Source: an uncultured delta proteobacterium (GTDB lineage: Bacteria > Myxococcota_A > Polyangia > Polyangiales > Polyangiaceae). From it: a stretch of DNA of 64,000 nt. The stretch is taken from NCBI GenBank assembly GCA_963716725.1, contig CAVQUB010000032.1, positions 256,001 through 320,000 on the forward strand, given 5' to 3'. Every line of letters begins with the position of its first letter. The first letter of the stretch is position 1. Positions 1-9,365 of the stretch are shown here, one piece after another. Both the position numbers and the translations under genes were made by a program. Below the pieces are notes generated by a model, which had not been told where the DNA came from, made no database searches, and was given only the letters and a program-made list of their open reading frames with translations.

Positions 1-1372
1 TGACGATGCCGTCGACGGAGCTCTCGATGACGCGCTCGAGGAACTCCTTGGTCTGCTTGAGCTCGATGGCGGTACTCCGCTCTTCGGTCACGTCGCGGAA
101 CGAAAACAGCACCGATTCGTCTTCGTGCAGCACCGAGCTGAAGCTCATGCTGGCGGTGATCACCCGACCGCTGTGGGTACCGAGTCGCACATCGACGCCC
201 TGGGGAAACTCTCCCTCGGTGAAGCCTTGCATCAGGAGGTCGGCCCGATAGTGATCTTCGGAGAAGAGATCCCGGAACTGCTTCTTCTTCAGGGCGTCGT
301 CCTCGAAGCCGAGGATCGAGCGGGCGCGTGGGTTGGCAAAAACCACCTGGCCGGCTCGATCGATCACGACCATGCCGTCCGCAGCGCTCTCGAAGATGTC
401 CGCATAGCGCTGGAATATCCGCACCCGACGCTCGGCTTCGACCCGTGCGAAGGCGCTCTGCATCGACTCGTCGCGCAGCAGCTTGAGGATCCGCGCGTTG
501 CGCAGCGCGATGGCCGTGGCGTTGGCGACGGTGTGCACCAAGGAGATCTCGTGATCGGCGAAGGCCGCCGGCTCACGCGAGCGCAGGAAGATCACCCCCA
601 TCGGCCGCTGTTCGTGGGTGATTGGAACCAGGGCCAGCGAGGTGAACCCAAGACTCGGTTCGGACTCCCGCACCGCATCGAGCAGCGGGTGTTGGCTCAC
701 GTCGCGGATCACCAGCGAGTTGCCGGTTCGCAACACCTCCCGGATCTCCGGGTACTTGGAGAGCGAGATGGTCAGATCGCGCATCTGCTCGTCGTCGCTC
801 GACGCGACGACGTGGCCCATCGTCTCGTCCTCCGAGACGAGGACGATGCTGCAGCGATCCACGTTGGCCACCTCTGCCACACGCCGCACGACGGTGAACA
901 GGATGTGCCGGATGTTGAGCGTCGAGGCCAGGGCTTGGGTGAGCTCGAGCACCGCCTGAGAATCCTGCTCGCGACGGCTGAGGCGTTCCACGTACTCACG
1001 CATTCGCAGCTGACCGCGGATGCGAGCCACGAGCTCCGCGGGGCGGAAGGGCTTGTGAACGTAGTCGTCTGCACCCGAGGCAAACACGGCGCGGATCTCG
1101 TCGTCCGAGTCCAGCGCCGTCAGGACCAGCACCGGGGTGTCGGCGATCTCCTCTTTTTCACGGATCCGCCTGAGCACTTCGAAGCCGTCGGGCTCCGGCA
1201 TGACCAGGTCGAGCAGCACCAGCGAGGGCGCGTTGGTCTCGAGCCAGGCGAGGGCCTCCCGCCCGGAGGTGACGGCGTGGCTCGGCATTCCCGACGAGTC
1301 CAGGGTCTCGGAGAGCACCCGCCGGCTCACGGCGTCGTCGTCTACCACTAGGATCGGAGGTAGCTCGGCCAC
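1..1372 (-). CDS. Hybrid signalling protein, REC-GAF-PAS (probably a sensor kinase), runs off the left edge
   Basis: Manual minus-strand translation from GTG 1372: MAELPPILVVDDDAVSRR...LVLLDLVMPEPDGFEV...GADDYVHKPF (receiver), then a GAF-like segment and PAS (FESAADGMVVIDRAGQVVFANPRA...FRDVTEE). Output domain is outside the window. Confidence 0.85.
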   Translation of the reverse strand, partial: MAELPPILVVDDDAVSRRVLSETLDSSGMPSHAVTSGREALAWLETNAPSLVLLDLVMPEPDGFEVLRRIREKEEIADTPVLVLTALDSDDEIRAVFASGADDYVHKPFRPAELVARIRGQLRMREYVERLSRREQDSQAVLELTQALASTLNIRHILFTVVRRVAEVANVDRCSIVLVSEDETMGHVVASSDDEQMRDLTISLSKYPEIREVLRTGNSLVIRDVSQHPLLDAVRESEPSLGFTSLALVPITHEQRPMGVIFLRSREPAAFADHEISLVHTVANATAIALRNARILKLLRDESMQSAFARVEAERRVRIFQRYADIFESAADGMVVIDRAGQVVFANPRARSILGFEDDALKKKQFRDLFSEDHYRADLLMQGFTEGEFPQGVDVRLGTHSGRVITASMSFSSVLHEDESVLFSFRDVTEERSTAIELKQTKEFLERVIESSVDGIV

Positions 1373-1446
1373 TGCCCACGAATGTACCACGTGGCCGCGT
1401 CCTGCCCTGAAATGCGCTGAAGGATTCGCTATAGTGGGGCCAGGCC

Positions 1447-1881
1447 ATGCCCCCACCCTACGAGGACGAGGAGCCCCTCGAAGAGCTCGACGACGACGCG
1501 ATCGTCGCCCAGCAGGCCATCGCGCACGCGCCGGCACCCCGAGTTCAGGTGGCACAAGATGCGAGGAGCATCGTCGTGGACCAGCCGCCGGGGGAAGCCG
1601 GGGACACCACGCGGCTCCGGGCAATGCCGCGCCGTCCCGCCGATCCGACCTTGGTGCTCCGAGCCGTGAGGCATCCGATTTCGCGCGCCGTGCCGCCGTC
1701 GTTTCCGGTTCAGCCGCGACCGATGCCGAGCTGGCTACCGTGGGTGGTGTGGATAGTCGCCGGCATCGTCGCGCTGATCTTCGGCGGGGTGCTCGCAGTC
1801 CTGGCGAATCGGCGCGATGCTCCGCCCGTGCCGGCCACCACTTCGCAGTCGCACTCGACGAAGACCACGATCAGCGAATGA
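1447..1881 (+). CDS. Hypothetical single-pass membrane protein
   Basis: 144-aa ORF with an acidic/Pro-rich N-terminus and one hydrophobic helix (WLPWVVWIVAGIVALIFGGVLAVLA). Confidence 0.65.
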   Translation: MPPPYEDEEPLEELDDDAIVAQQAIAHAPAPRVQVAQDARSIVVDQPPGEAGDTTRLRAMPRRPADPTLVLRAVRHPISRAVPPSFPVQPRPMPSWLPWVVWIVAGIVALIFGGVLAVLANRRDAPPVPATTSQSHSTKTTISE

Positions 1882-3352
1882 GATCAGCGCTCGCGTTGGT
1901 GACGCTGAAGCCCGCGGCTTCGAGCGGCGCTCGGATGCTGGACTCGTCGCCGACGATCACCACCACCAGCCGCCGCTCGTCCAGTCGCGCGGACTGCCTC
2001 ACCACATCAGCAGTAGAGATTGCGCGCAGCGACGTGGGAAGCTCGCTGTTGTAGCTCGGTGGGAGGCCCTGGGCGAAGGCAGAGCCGACGTCGGCCGCGA
2101 TGCGATCGACCTCCACGAGTCGAGCACCCAACGAGCTCGACAGATCCGCGCGGGCGCGTGCCACTTCGTCGGCGGTGATAGGAGCACCCCGGCTCGGATC
2201 GCGCGCCCGAGCCAGCTCCCCGATCAACTCCGAGAGCGCGGGCGCGGTCACGCCCGCTTCGACCCGCGTGGTCACGACCAAGGCACCCCACTCACGGGTC
2301 GCGACGGCGTCGGAGCGGGCACCATAGGTGTAGGCGTGCTTCTCGCGCAGGTTCTGGTTGATCCGCGACGTGAAGAGCCCACCCAAAAGCGAGTTCAAGA
2401 GCTGGCGGGCCTCGTGGCCCGCCTCCGACCGTTTCGGGAAAGCTTGGGCGACGAAGAGCGCGCTCTGAACGGCGCCGGGGCGGTTCACGAGCACCACCGT
2501 GGTCGGATTGGGCGCGGCAGCCTGCTGAGCACTAGGCTGCGCGGGCACGGGCGCGCCCTTCCATCCCGCGAAGGCTCGAGCCGCGGCCTTGCGCACGTCG
2601 GAGAGGCTCACGTCGCCGACGACTACCAGCGCGCTCGCCGACGGCACGTAGCGAGTGCGATGAAAGGCGGAGAGATCCGCGACCCTGAGCTTCTTCACGT
2701 CTGGGACGCTTCCGCTCACCGGTGCGCCATTGGGCTCGCCTATCAGCAAGCGCAGGCCCGCGAGGGAGGCGAGGCGGTCCGGCGATTGTCGTTCCGCCGA
2801 AAGTCCGTCGAGCCATTCGCCACGAACGCGCTCCAGCTCCTTGGCTGCGAAGGCCGGCTTCAGCGCCACCTCGGCGAGCAAGCTCAAGCCTTGCTCGATG
2901 TCGGCGGTGAGGGTTGCGATACCGATCATCGAGTAGTCGCGGCCGGCGTCGTGCTCGAGCGTCGAACCGAGGGACTCGGCGGCTTCGGCGAGCGCCGCAG
3001 CGGGTCGCGTGGTCGTGCCCTCGGTGAGCATGCGCGCCGTCAGAGCGGCGAGCCCGCTCTTGCCCTTGGGGACCGAACTCGCTCCGTGTCGAACCACGAG
3101 CGACAGCGCCGCGATGCGGGCCGGACGCCGGACCACCAAGACCGTCAGCCCGCCGTCGAGCGTCGCGCCCTCCGGCACCGGGTAGATGAGCTCGGCGGGC
3201 TCGCCCGGGCTGGGCACCGCGCGGCGCCAGGCGTCGCTCGATGCGGCGCCCCTCGGCGCGGGCTGCGGCGGCTCGGCGGGAGGCGCTCGGACGGCACCGC
3301 CCCCGGCGCACGCGACCGCCAGAAGTGCCCAGGCGAGGGAGAAGAGCTTCAC
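1871..3352 (-). CDS. M16 (pitrilysin) family peptidase, non-catalytic partner subunit, lipoprotein
   Basis: GTG 3352 begins a signal peptide with lipobox (VKLFSLAWALLAVAC); M16 motifs GLAALTARMLTEGT and SRINQNLREKHAYTYGA; no HxxEH. Confidence 0.8.
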   Translation of the reverse strand: MKLFSLAWALLAVACAGGGAVRAPPAEPPQPAPRGAASSDAWRRAVPSPGEPAELIYPVPEGATLDGGLTVLVVRRPARIAALSLVVRHGASSVPKGKSGLAALTARMLTEGTTTRPAAALAEAAESLGSTLEHDAGRDYSMIGIATLTADIEQGLSLLAEVALKPAFAAKELERVRGEWLDGLSAERQSPDRLASLAGLRLLIGEPNGAPVSGSVPDVKKLRVADLSAFHRTRYVPSASALVVVGDVSLSDVRKAAARAFAGWKGAPVPAQPSAQQAAAPNPTTVVLVNRPGAVQSALFVAQAFPKRSEAGHEARQLLNSLLGGLFTSRINQNLREKHAYTYGARSDAVATREWGALVVTTRVEAGVTAPALSELIGELARARDPSRGAPITADEVARARADLSSSLGARLVEVDRIAADVGSAFAQGLPPSYNSELPTSLRAISTADVVRQSARLDERRLVVVIVGDESSIRAPLEAAGFSVTNASADLIR

Positions 3353-4738
3353 TGCCGCTGCTCCTTCGGCTTGGGCGTGGTCGTCACGATGACCCGGCGT
3401 GTGGAGATCGAGATGGGTCCGGAGCGCGCGCTTCACGTCCTCCGGGCGTACGGCTTCGATGCTCGCGTGGTAGCGCTTCAGGTGCCCCGGATCCCCGAGG
3501 TAGTGATTGAAGCGCTGCAAGAGTCCGGCGCGTCCCGACTCGCCGTCCGCGCCGTTCAAGAGCTGAAGATCGGCCATGAGCGCGAGCAAGACCCGACGGC
3601 GGGCGCGAGCGAGCTCCGCCTCGGAGGGCCCGCGAGCCGAGAGATCGCGGAGCACGTCATCGACGGCGGCCTCGACGGACTTCGCTGGTTTGCCCGACGC
3701 TGCGACGGCGCTCAGCGAAAAGACGCTGGCCAACGCGCTGGAATCGAGGTCGGCCGAGACCTCGGAGGCGAGCTTCTTCTCGACCACCAGCTTCTGGTAG
3801 AGGCGGGTCGCTTTGCCCCCAGCCAACAAAGCCGCGGCGAGCTCGAGGGCCGCGACGTCGGCGGAGTAGGCGGGCGGGGTGAGCCAGCCCATGCTGACCT
3901 TCGCGAGTTCGACCGGTTCGCTCACCTCCCGGCGCGTCAGCTCCTTCAACGCTGGGGTCACGCTGCGCCTGCTCGCGGGCTTCGGCTTCTTGGCGAAGGG
4001 CCCGAAGTAGCGTGCGATCCAGCGCTTGGCTCGAGTCCTATCGAAATCGCCGGCCAACGTCAGGGTCGCGTTGGAGGGCGCGTAGTACGCGCTGAAAAAC
4101 GCCTCGGCGTCACGGAGCTTGGCGGCTTCGAGGTCACGCATCGAGCCGATCACCGCGCCGTGATAGGGGTGTCCCGTCGGAAACAAGGTGTCGAGCAATA
4201 CGAGGCTGCTGGGGCCGTAGGGAGCGTCTTCATAGCTCTGTCGCCGCTCGTTCTTGACGACGTCGCGCTGAACCTCGAGCGACTGAGCGGACAGCGTGTC
4301 CAGGAAGAACCCCATGCGATCACTCTCGATCCATAGGCACAGCTCGAGTCGTTCACGGGGCACCGTCTCGAAGTAATTGGTGCGATCCCAGCTCGTGGTC
4401 CCGTTCACGTTGGTCGCGCCGGCGCTCTCGAGCAACTTGTCGAAGCGAGTGCCGACGTGCTTCGAGCCGGTGAACATCAGATGTTCGAACAGATGAGCGA
4501 AGCCCGAGCGACCCGGCGGCTCGTTGACTGGGCCCACGTGATACCAGATGTTTACTGCCACCAGAGGCAGCGATGCGTCCCGGTGCAGGATCACCTCCAT
4601 CCCGTTTTCGAGTGAGTACTTCTCGAATGGGATCTCTGGACCCTCGACCGGCGACGCCGGGGAGTCGGCCAGCGTCGGCCGGGCGAAGGCGAAGCTGGTG
4701 CTGGCGATGCAGAGGGCGAGGGCGGTGCAGAACTTCAC
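3349..4738 (-). CDS. M16 zinc peptidase catalytic subunit (1-nt frameshift near 3400)
   Basis: Signal peptide VKFCTALALC..., HLFEH zinc motif, NGTTSWDRTNY, NERRQ. Natural C-terminus RRVIVTTTPKPKEQRQ* lies in a shifted frame, its TGA overlapping the next GTG. Confidence 0.85.
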
Positions 4739-4892
4739 GCCCGGAACGTTACGCCGCTGCCCAGCCACCCGGAATAGATCAACGAGCCCGCGCAGGTCGC
4801 CTGGCGCCTGATGCGCCCAACTTGCCCGTTTTCCGAACTCGGGTACTCTCCGCCCCGAGCCGCGGGCGGTACTCGGTCGGGGAGAATCCATC

Positions 4893-5204
4893 ATGTCGAA
4901 GCGAAGAGCAGCCGCGTTTTGGATGGTCATGGCGTCCGCGCTGTGTCCGGCGATATCACTGAGCACCGTCACGAGCGAGGCGGAAGCCGCCCCGGGAGTC
5001 CAGTACCGCGCCGGCATGCGCGTGCGAGCGAAGCGAACTTGCACGGTTCAGGGCTACGAAGTGAAGAAGGGCGTCGTGCTCGCCGTCGTGTCGGTCCAAA
5101 ACGACGACAAGGGCAAGACGGTTGCGGTCGATCTCAGCTTCTCTGGCATGACCATCAGCAACGTGCCGGTCCAGGTAGTCAGCAGTCTGTTCAGCGCTGC
5201 GTGA
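4893..5204 (+). CDS. Small secreted hypothetical protein
   Basis: 103 aa, signal peptide ending AEA, beta-rich mature part. Confidence 0.6.
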   Translation: MSKRRAAAFWMVMASALCPAISLSTVTSEAEAAPGVQYRAGMRVRAKRTCTVQGYEVKKGVVLAVVSVQNDDKGKTVAVDLSFSGMTISNVPVQVVSSLFSAA

Positions 5205-5928
5205 GCGACTCGCCGGGCTTGGGGTGGGAGTTGCCGGGCACGGCCTCCGTGCCGCCGAGCTCGCGCCACACGGCGTCGGCCCACCGCCACCCGCCGGCCC
5301 AGCTCGGGTGGCGGCCATCTTCCATGCGCGGCAAGTCGAGCTTCGACGAGTCGAAGTAACGGCAGTGTCCCAGGTTCTTCCGGAGCACGTCGGTGAACCC
5401 AGTGTCTTTCTTCCACAGCGGGGGGCCGATCCACAGGCAGGGCCGCCCGCGGGTCTGCGCCACGATCTGCGCCACCGCCGGGCCGCGCCGTTCCGGCTTG
5501 GGATCGAAGAGCTCGTTGGAGCCGAGCGAAATCAACACGACCTCCGGATCGTATTTGTACATCGCCTCGCGCAGGAGGCCCTTCTCCGCCCAGTCCAGCG
5601 TGCTCGACGAGATCACGGTCTCGAGGAAGTACTGCCGCCCGCTGCTCGAGAAGATCGACCGCAGGTAGTTTCCCACCAGTGGCGCCATGGAGTCGCCCAC
5701 GTGCAGCACACGGGACGCTTGGGCCGCGGGCACCACACCGGCCTCACGAGCCAACACGAGCCCGGTCGGGGTTGGCGCTGCGGCGATCGCGCTCGGTGCT
5801 GGCGGCGGGATCGGCGCAGCGGACGCCGACACGACGGGGTCCGCTGCGGCTCGGGCGGTCGTCACCGGGCTTGCTTCAGGGGTGCAAGCGAGCAGAGCGA
5901 GGGCGGGCAGGGCCAAAGCGCGGCGCAT
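5191..5928 (-). CDS. SGNH/GDSL hydrolase family lipoprotein
   Basis: Lipobox LALLAC; block I HVGDSM, block III SLGSNE, block V DGRHP. Confidence 0.8.
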   Translation of the reverse strand: MRRALALPALALLACTPEASPVTTARAAADPVVSASAAPIPPPAPSAIAAAPTPTGLVLAREAGVVPAAQASRVLHVGDSMAPLVGNYLRSIFSSSGRQYFLETVISSSTLDWAEKGLLREAMYKYDPEVVLISLGSNELFDPKPERRGPAVAQIVAQTRGRPCLWIGPPLWKKDTGFTDVLRKNLGHCRYFDSSKLDLPRMEDGRHPSWAGGWRWADAVWRELGGTEAVPGNSHPKPGESLTQR

Positions 5929-6001
5929 GGCCTGGCCATTGTCTCCCGATTCGACCGCGACCGGGCAAGCTCCGAGCCACCGATTCCGCTATGGTCGCCC
6001 C

Positions 6002-7372
6002 GTGGAGCTGCGGAAGCTGCCCAAGGTCGATCGAGTCGCGGATGCCCCCGAGCTGACGGAGGTCCGGCGGGCGCTCGGCTCAAAGGCCGTGACGGCGCTT
6101 GCCCGCGCCGCGATCGCCGAGGCCCGAAGCGCGATCCGTGCGGGAGCCGAGTCTGCGTCGTTCGAGCAAGTGGTCAGCTGGGTCAAGGCCCGGGCCGAAG
6201 CGCGGCTGTTGGCGGGGATCCTCCCGGTCATCAACGGGACGGGGGTCATTCTTCACACGAACTTGGGTCGCGCGCCGCTGCCTCAGGGCAGCCTCGACCG
6301 CATCGCGAGAACGGCCGGCGGGTACTCGACCCTGGAGCTCGATCTCGAAACCGGCGTCCGCACCCGACGCGGCGTGCAGGTGGAGCGGGGGCTGGCGGAG
6401 CTCGTGGGCGCGGGCGACGTGGCGCTGGTCAACAACAACGCCGCTGCGGTGATGCTGGCGCTGAGCTCGATCGCGGCCGGACGTGAGGTGATCGTGTCCC
6501 GCGGGGAGCTGGTGGAAATCGGCGGTGGATTTCGGATCCCCGAAGTGCTCGCGCGGTCCGGAGCGCGACTCGTCGAGGTGGGCACGACGAACCGTACCCG
6601 CGTAGACGATTACGCTCGAGCCATTGGAGAGCACACGGCGTGTTTGCTCCGCGTGCACCCCAGCAACTTCAAGATCACCGGGTTCGCCGAGCGCCCTGGG
6701 TTGGTCGAACTCACCCGACTGGCCAAGTCGCGGGGCATCCCGCTGATCAAGGATTTGGGCGGCGGCCTGGTGGTCGGCCTGCCCTCGGCGGTCGCGGGCT
6801 CCGAGCTCGCGCGCGAGCCCAGCGTGCAGGCGTGCCTGGTTGCGGGCGTTGATCTGGTCTGCTTCAGCCTGGACAAGCTCTTCGGGGGTCCCCAAGGCGG
6901 CGCCGTCGCCGGACGAGCCGATCTCGTGAGCACCCTGCGTGAAGATCCCATGGCCCGGGCGCTTCGGCTCGACAAGCTCGCGCTCGCGGCCGTCGAGGGG
7001 GTGTTGGATGCGTACCAGCGCGGCGCGTTGGACGAAATTCCAGTGCACGCGCTCCTCGCTGCCAGCACTGAAGCGCTGTGCCGGCGGGTGGACGCCTGGG
7101 TGGAGTTACTCCACGAGCAGGGCGTTGCTGCGGAACGGGTCAACTCCGAGGCCGCGATCGGCGGAGGGACTCTGGCGGAGGCGCCGGTTTCGTCCGTCGC
7201 GCTCCGGATCTCCGGAACAGACCCCGATCAGTTGGCGCAGCGCCTCCGGTCCGGTAGCCCGGCGCTGATCGGCCGGGTCGTCGAAGGTGCGCTGCTGGTC
7301 GACGCCCGCAGCGTTTTCCCCGAGCAAGACCCCCTGGTCGCGCAGGCGCTCCGGCGTGCCTGCGGCAATTGA
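6002..7372 (+). CDS. selA: L-seryl-tRNA(Sec) selenium transferase
   Basis: Motifs INGTGVILHTNLGRAPL, NNNAAA, SRGELVEIGGGFRIPEV, EVGTTNRT, FSLDKLFGGPQ (PLP lysine); start placed at GTG 6002. Confidence 0.95.
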   Translation: MELRKLPKVDRVADAPELTEVRRALGSKAVTALARAAIAEARSAIRAGAESASFEQVVSWVKARAEARLLAGILPVINGTGVILHTNLGRAPLPQGSLDRIARTAGGYSTLELDLETGVRTRRGVQVERGLAELVGAGDVALVNNNAAAVMLALSSIAAGREVIVSRGELVEIGGGFRIPEVLARSGARLVEVGTTNRTRVDDYARAIGEHTACLLRVHPSNFKITGFAERPGLVELTRLAKSRGIPLIKDLGGGLVVGLPSAVAGSELAREPSVQACLVAGVDLVCFSLDKLFGGPQGGAVAGRADLVSTLREDPMARALRLDKLALAAVEGVLDAYQRGALDEIPVHALLAASTEALCRRVDAWVELLHEQGVAAERVNSEAAIGGGTLAEAPVSSVALRISGTDPDQLAQRLRSGSPALIGRVVEGALLVDARSVFPEQDPLVAQALRRACGN

Positions 7373-7417
7373 TCTCGACGGCTCGAAAGGGCACCGGTCC
7401 CGTAGTAAGCTCGGATC

Positions 7418-9361
7418 GTGGCGCGGCGCATCCTGATCCTCTTGGGCTTGGTGTCGATGCTCTTGCCCGCCTTCGGCGGCTGCGGGGTCACCGAGGAGGG
7501 AGGGCTGAAGCCCGACGGCGGCGGCGGTAGCGACAACGACGGCGGTGGGGGGCTCGCGGGCGGCCAGTGCTTTCCAGGATCGAAGGTCTGCCCGGATCCC
7601 AGCAAACCCGGAGTGCTGCTCTGCCTGACGGCGGACGAACCGCAGTACGGCTGCAGCCAGTCGACCGCGTGCGCACCCTGCGCCGTGCCCCACGCCACGG
7701 CGAAGTGCAACACCGGGGCCTGCGCCGTAGACCAGTGCGACCCGGGCTGGGCCGACTGCGACAACAGTCCGGTGGACGGCTGCGAGACCGATCTCAATGG
7801 GGACAAGAACCACTGCGGAAACTGCGCCACCGACTGCGTGACCTCGAAGGGTGCGGGGTGGATTTGCACGGCAGGGACCTGCGAGGTCAATGAGTGCTGC
7901 CCCGATGGCAGCGCGTCGTGCCTGACCCGCCGGGATTGCGACGGGAACAAGGGGAACGGCTGCGAGGTCGATGTCGCGACCGACGTCAGCAACTGCAAGA
8001 CCTGCGGAAACGCCTGCGCGCTCCAGAACGCGCAGAGCGCGTGTTCGCAGGAAGCCTGCGTCGTGACCGTGTGCAACAGCGGTTGGGCCAACTGCGACCT
8101 GAACGACGTCAACGGCTGCGAGGTCAACATCAGCACGGGTGACAAGGGCAACTGCGGCGCCTGCGGCAAGGTGTGCAACGAGACGCACGCCGGCGCGACC
8201 TGTCAGGGCGGGGCGTGCAAGCTCGCCTGCCACCCCGACTGGGGCAACTGCGACAACAACGTCGACAACGGCTGCGAGACGAGCCTCAAGACCAGCCCGC
8301 TGCACTGCAACGGCTGCGCAAAGCCGTGCAATCCGGCCAATGTGAACGCGGCGCTCTGCACCGCTGGCGCCTGCGACTACGACTCCTGCAAGTCCGGATT
8401 CGCCGACTGCAACGGCAACAAGGCCGATGGCTGCGAGATCAATATCGCGCAGGACAAGAACAACTGCGGCGTTTGCAGCAAGGTTTGCCAGGCGCCGTCC
8501 GGGGGCAGCGTCGTGTGCAGCGGCGGCAACTGCGCCGAGAGCTGCGGGTCGGGACTGACCAACTGCAGCGGCGTGTGTGTCAACACCGGCAACGACATCA
8601 ACTACTGCGGCGGCTGCACCACCAAGTGCACGCCGCCTGCGAACGGCGCGGCGACCTGTGGCGGGGGTTCGTGCGGGTCCAACTGCAACAACGGCTTCCA
8701 CAAGTGCGGGATCGAGTGCAAGGCGAACAACGACGCCACGAACTGCGGGGCCAGCTGCACGACCTGCCCGGGGCCCGCCTCGGGCAGCGGCACGGCCATC
8801 TGCACCGCCGGAACGTGTGGGTTCAATTGCGTTGCACCCACCACGCTCAAGTGCGGCACCAGCTGCTACAACCCGACCAACGACAAGGCTCACTGCAGCA
8901 GTTGCACGATCGCTTGCACGGATCCACCCAACGGCGTGAGCAACTGCGTGACCTCGGCCTGCAAGATCACCTGCAACTCTGGCTTCCATGAGTGCAGCAA
9001 TCAGTGCAAGTCGGACACCGACGCGACCGCGTGTGGCAGCAGTTGCACGAATTGCCCGGGTCCGACCTCCGGCACGGGCACTCCCGCCTGCCCCAGCGGC
9101 AGCTGTGAAATCACCTGCGGAGCGCCGACGCCGACCCGCTGTGGTTCGAGCTGCGTCGACACCCAGACCGATGAGGGCTTCTGCGGGAGTTGCACCAACG
9201 CCTGCGGTTCCGGAAAGACCTGCTGTGGCGGCGGCTGCAAGGACTTGCAGGACGACGACAACCACTGCGGCATTTGCGGCAAGAAATGCTCGTCGTCCGA
9301 GTCGTGCCAGAGCGGGAAATGCTGCCCGACCGCAGACGGCGGCGCCGACGGCGGTTGCTGA
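7418..9361 (+). CDS. Cysteine-rich repeat lipoprotein (myxobacterial type)
   Basis: Lipoprotein signal (LLPAFGGC); repeats of type C..GWADCD....DGCE.D...D..(H/N)CG.C...C, and a second CNxGFH(K/E)C..C....DAT.CG.SCT.CPGP type. Confidence 0.85.
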   Translation: MARRILILLGLVSMLLPAFGGCGVTEEGGLKPDGGGGSDNDGGGGLAGGQCFPGSKVCPDPSKPGVLLCLTADEPQYGCSQSTACAPCAVPHATAKCNTGACAVDQCDPGWADCDNSPVDGCETDLNGDKNHCGNCATDCVTSKGAGWICTAGTCEVNECCPDGSASCLTRRDCDGNKGNGCEVDVATDVSNCKTCGNACALQNAQSACSQEACVVTVCNSGWANCDLNDVNGCEVNISTGDKGNCGACGKVCNETHAGATCQGGACKLACHPDWGNCDNNVDNGCETSLKTSPLHCNGCAKPCNPANVNAALCTAGACDYDSCKSGFADCNGNKADGCEINIAQDKNNCGVCSKVCQAPSGGSVVCSGGNCAESCGSGLTNCSGVCVNTGNDINYCGGCTTKCTPPANGAATCGGGSCGSNCNNGFHKCGIECKANNDATNCGASCTTCPGPASGSGTAICTAGTCGFNCVAPTTLKCGTSCYNPTNDKAHCSSCTIACTDPPNGVSNCVTSACKITCNSGFHECSNQCKSDTDATACGSSCTNCPGPTSGTGTPACPSGSCEITCGAPTPTRCGSSCVDTQTDEGFCGSCTNACGSGKTCCGGGCKDLQDDDNHCGICGKKCSSSESCQSGKCCPTADGGADGGC

Positions 9362-9365
9362 GGGC

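Noticed and set aside
125..4336. Long plus-strand ORFs 125-1351 and 1817-4336 (and similar shadow ORFs such as 15609-17546 and 7106-9367)
   Set aside because: Antisense shadows of real genes, typical of high-GC codon bias; no recognisable motifs.
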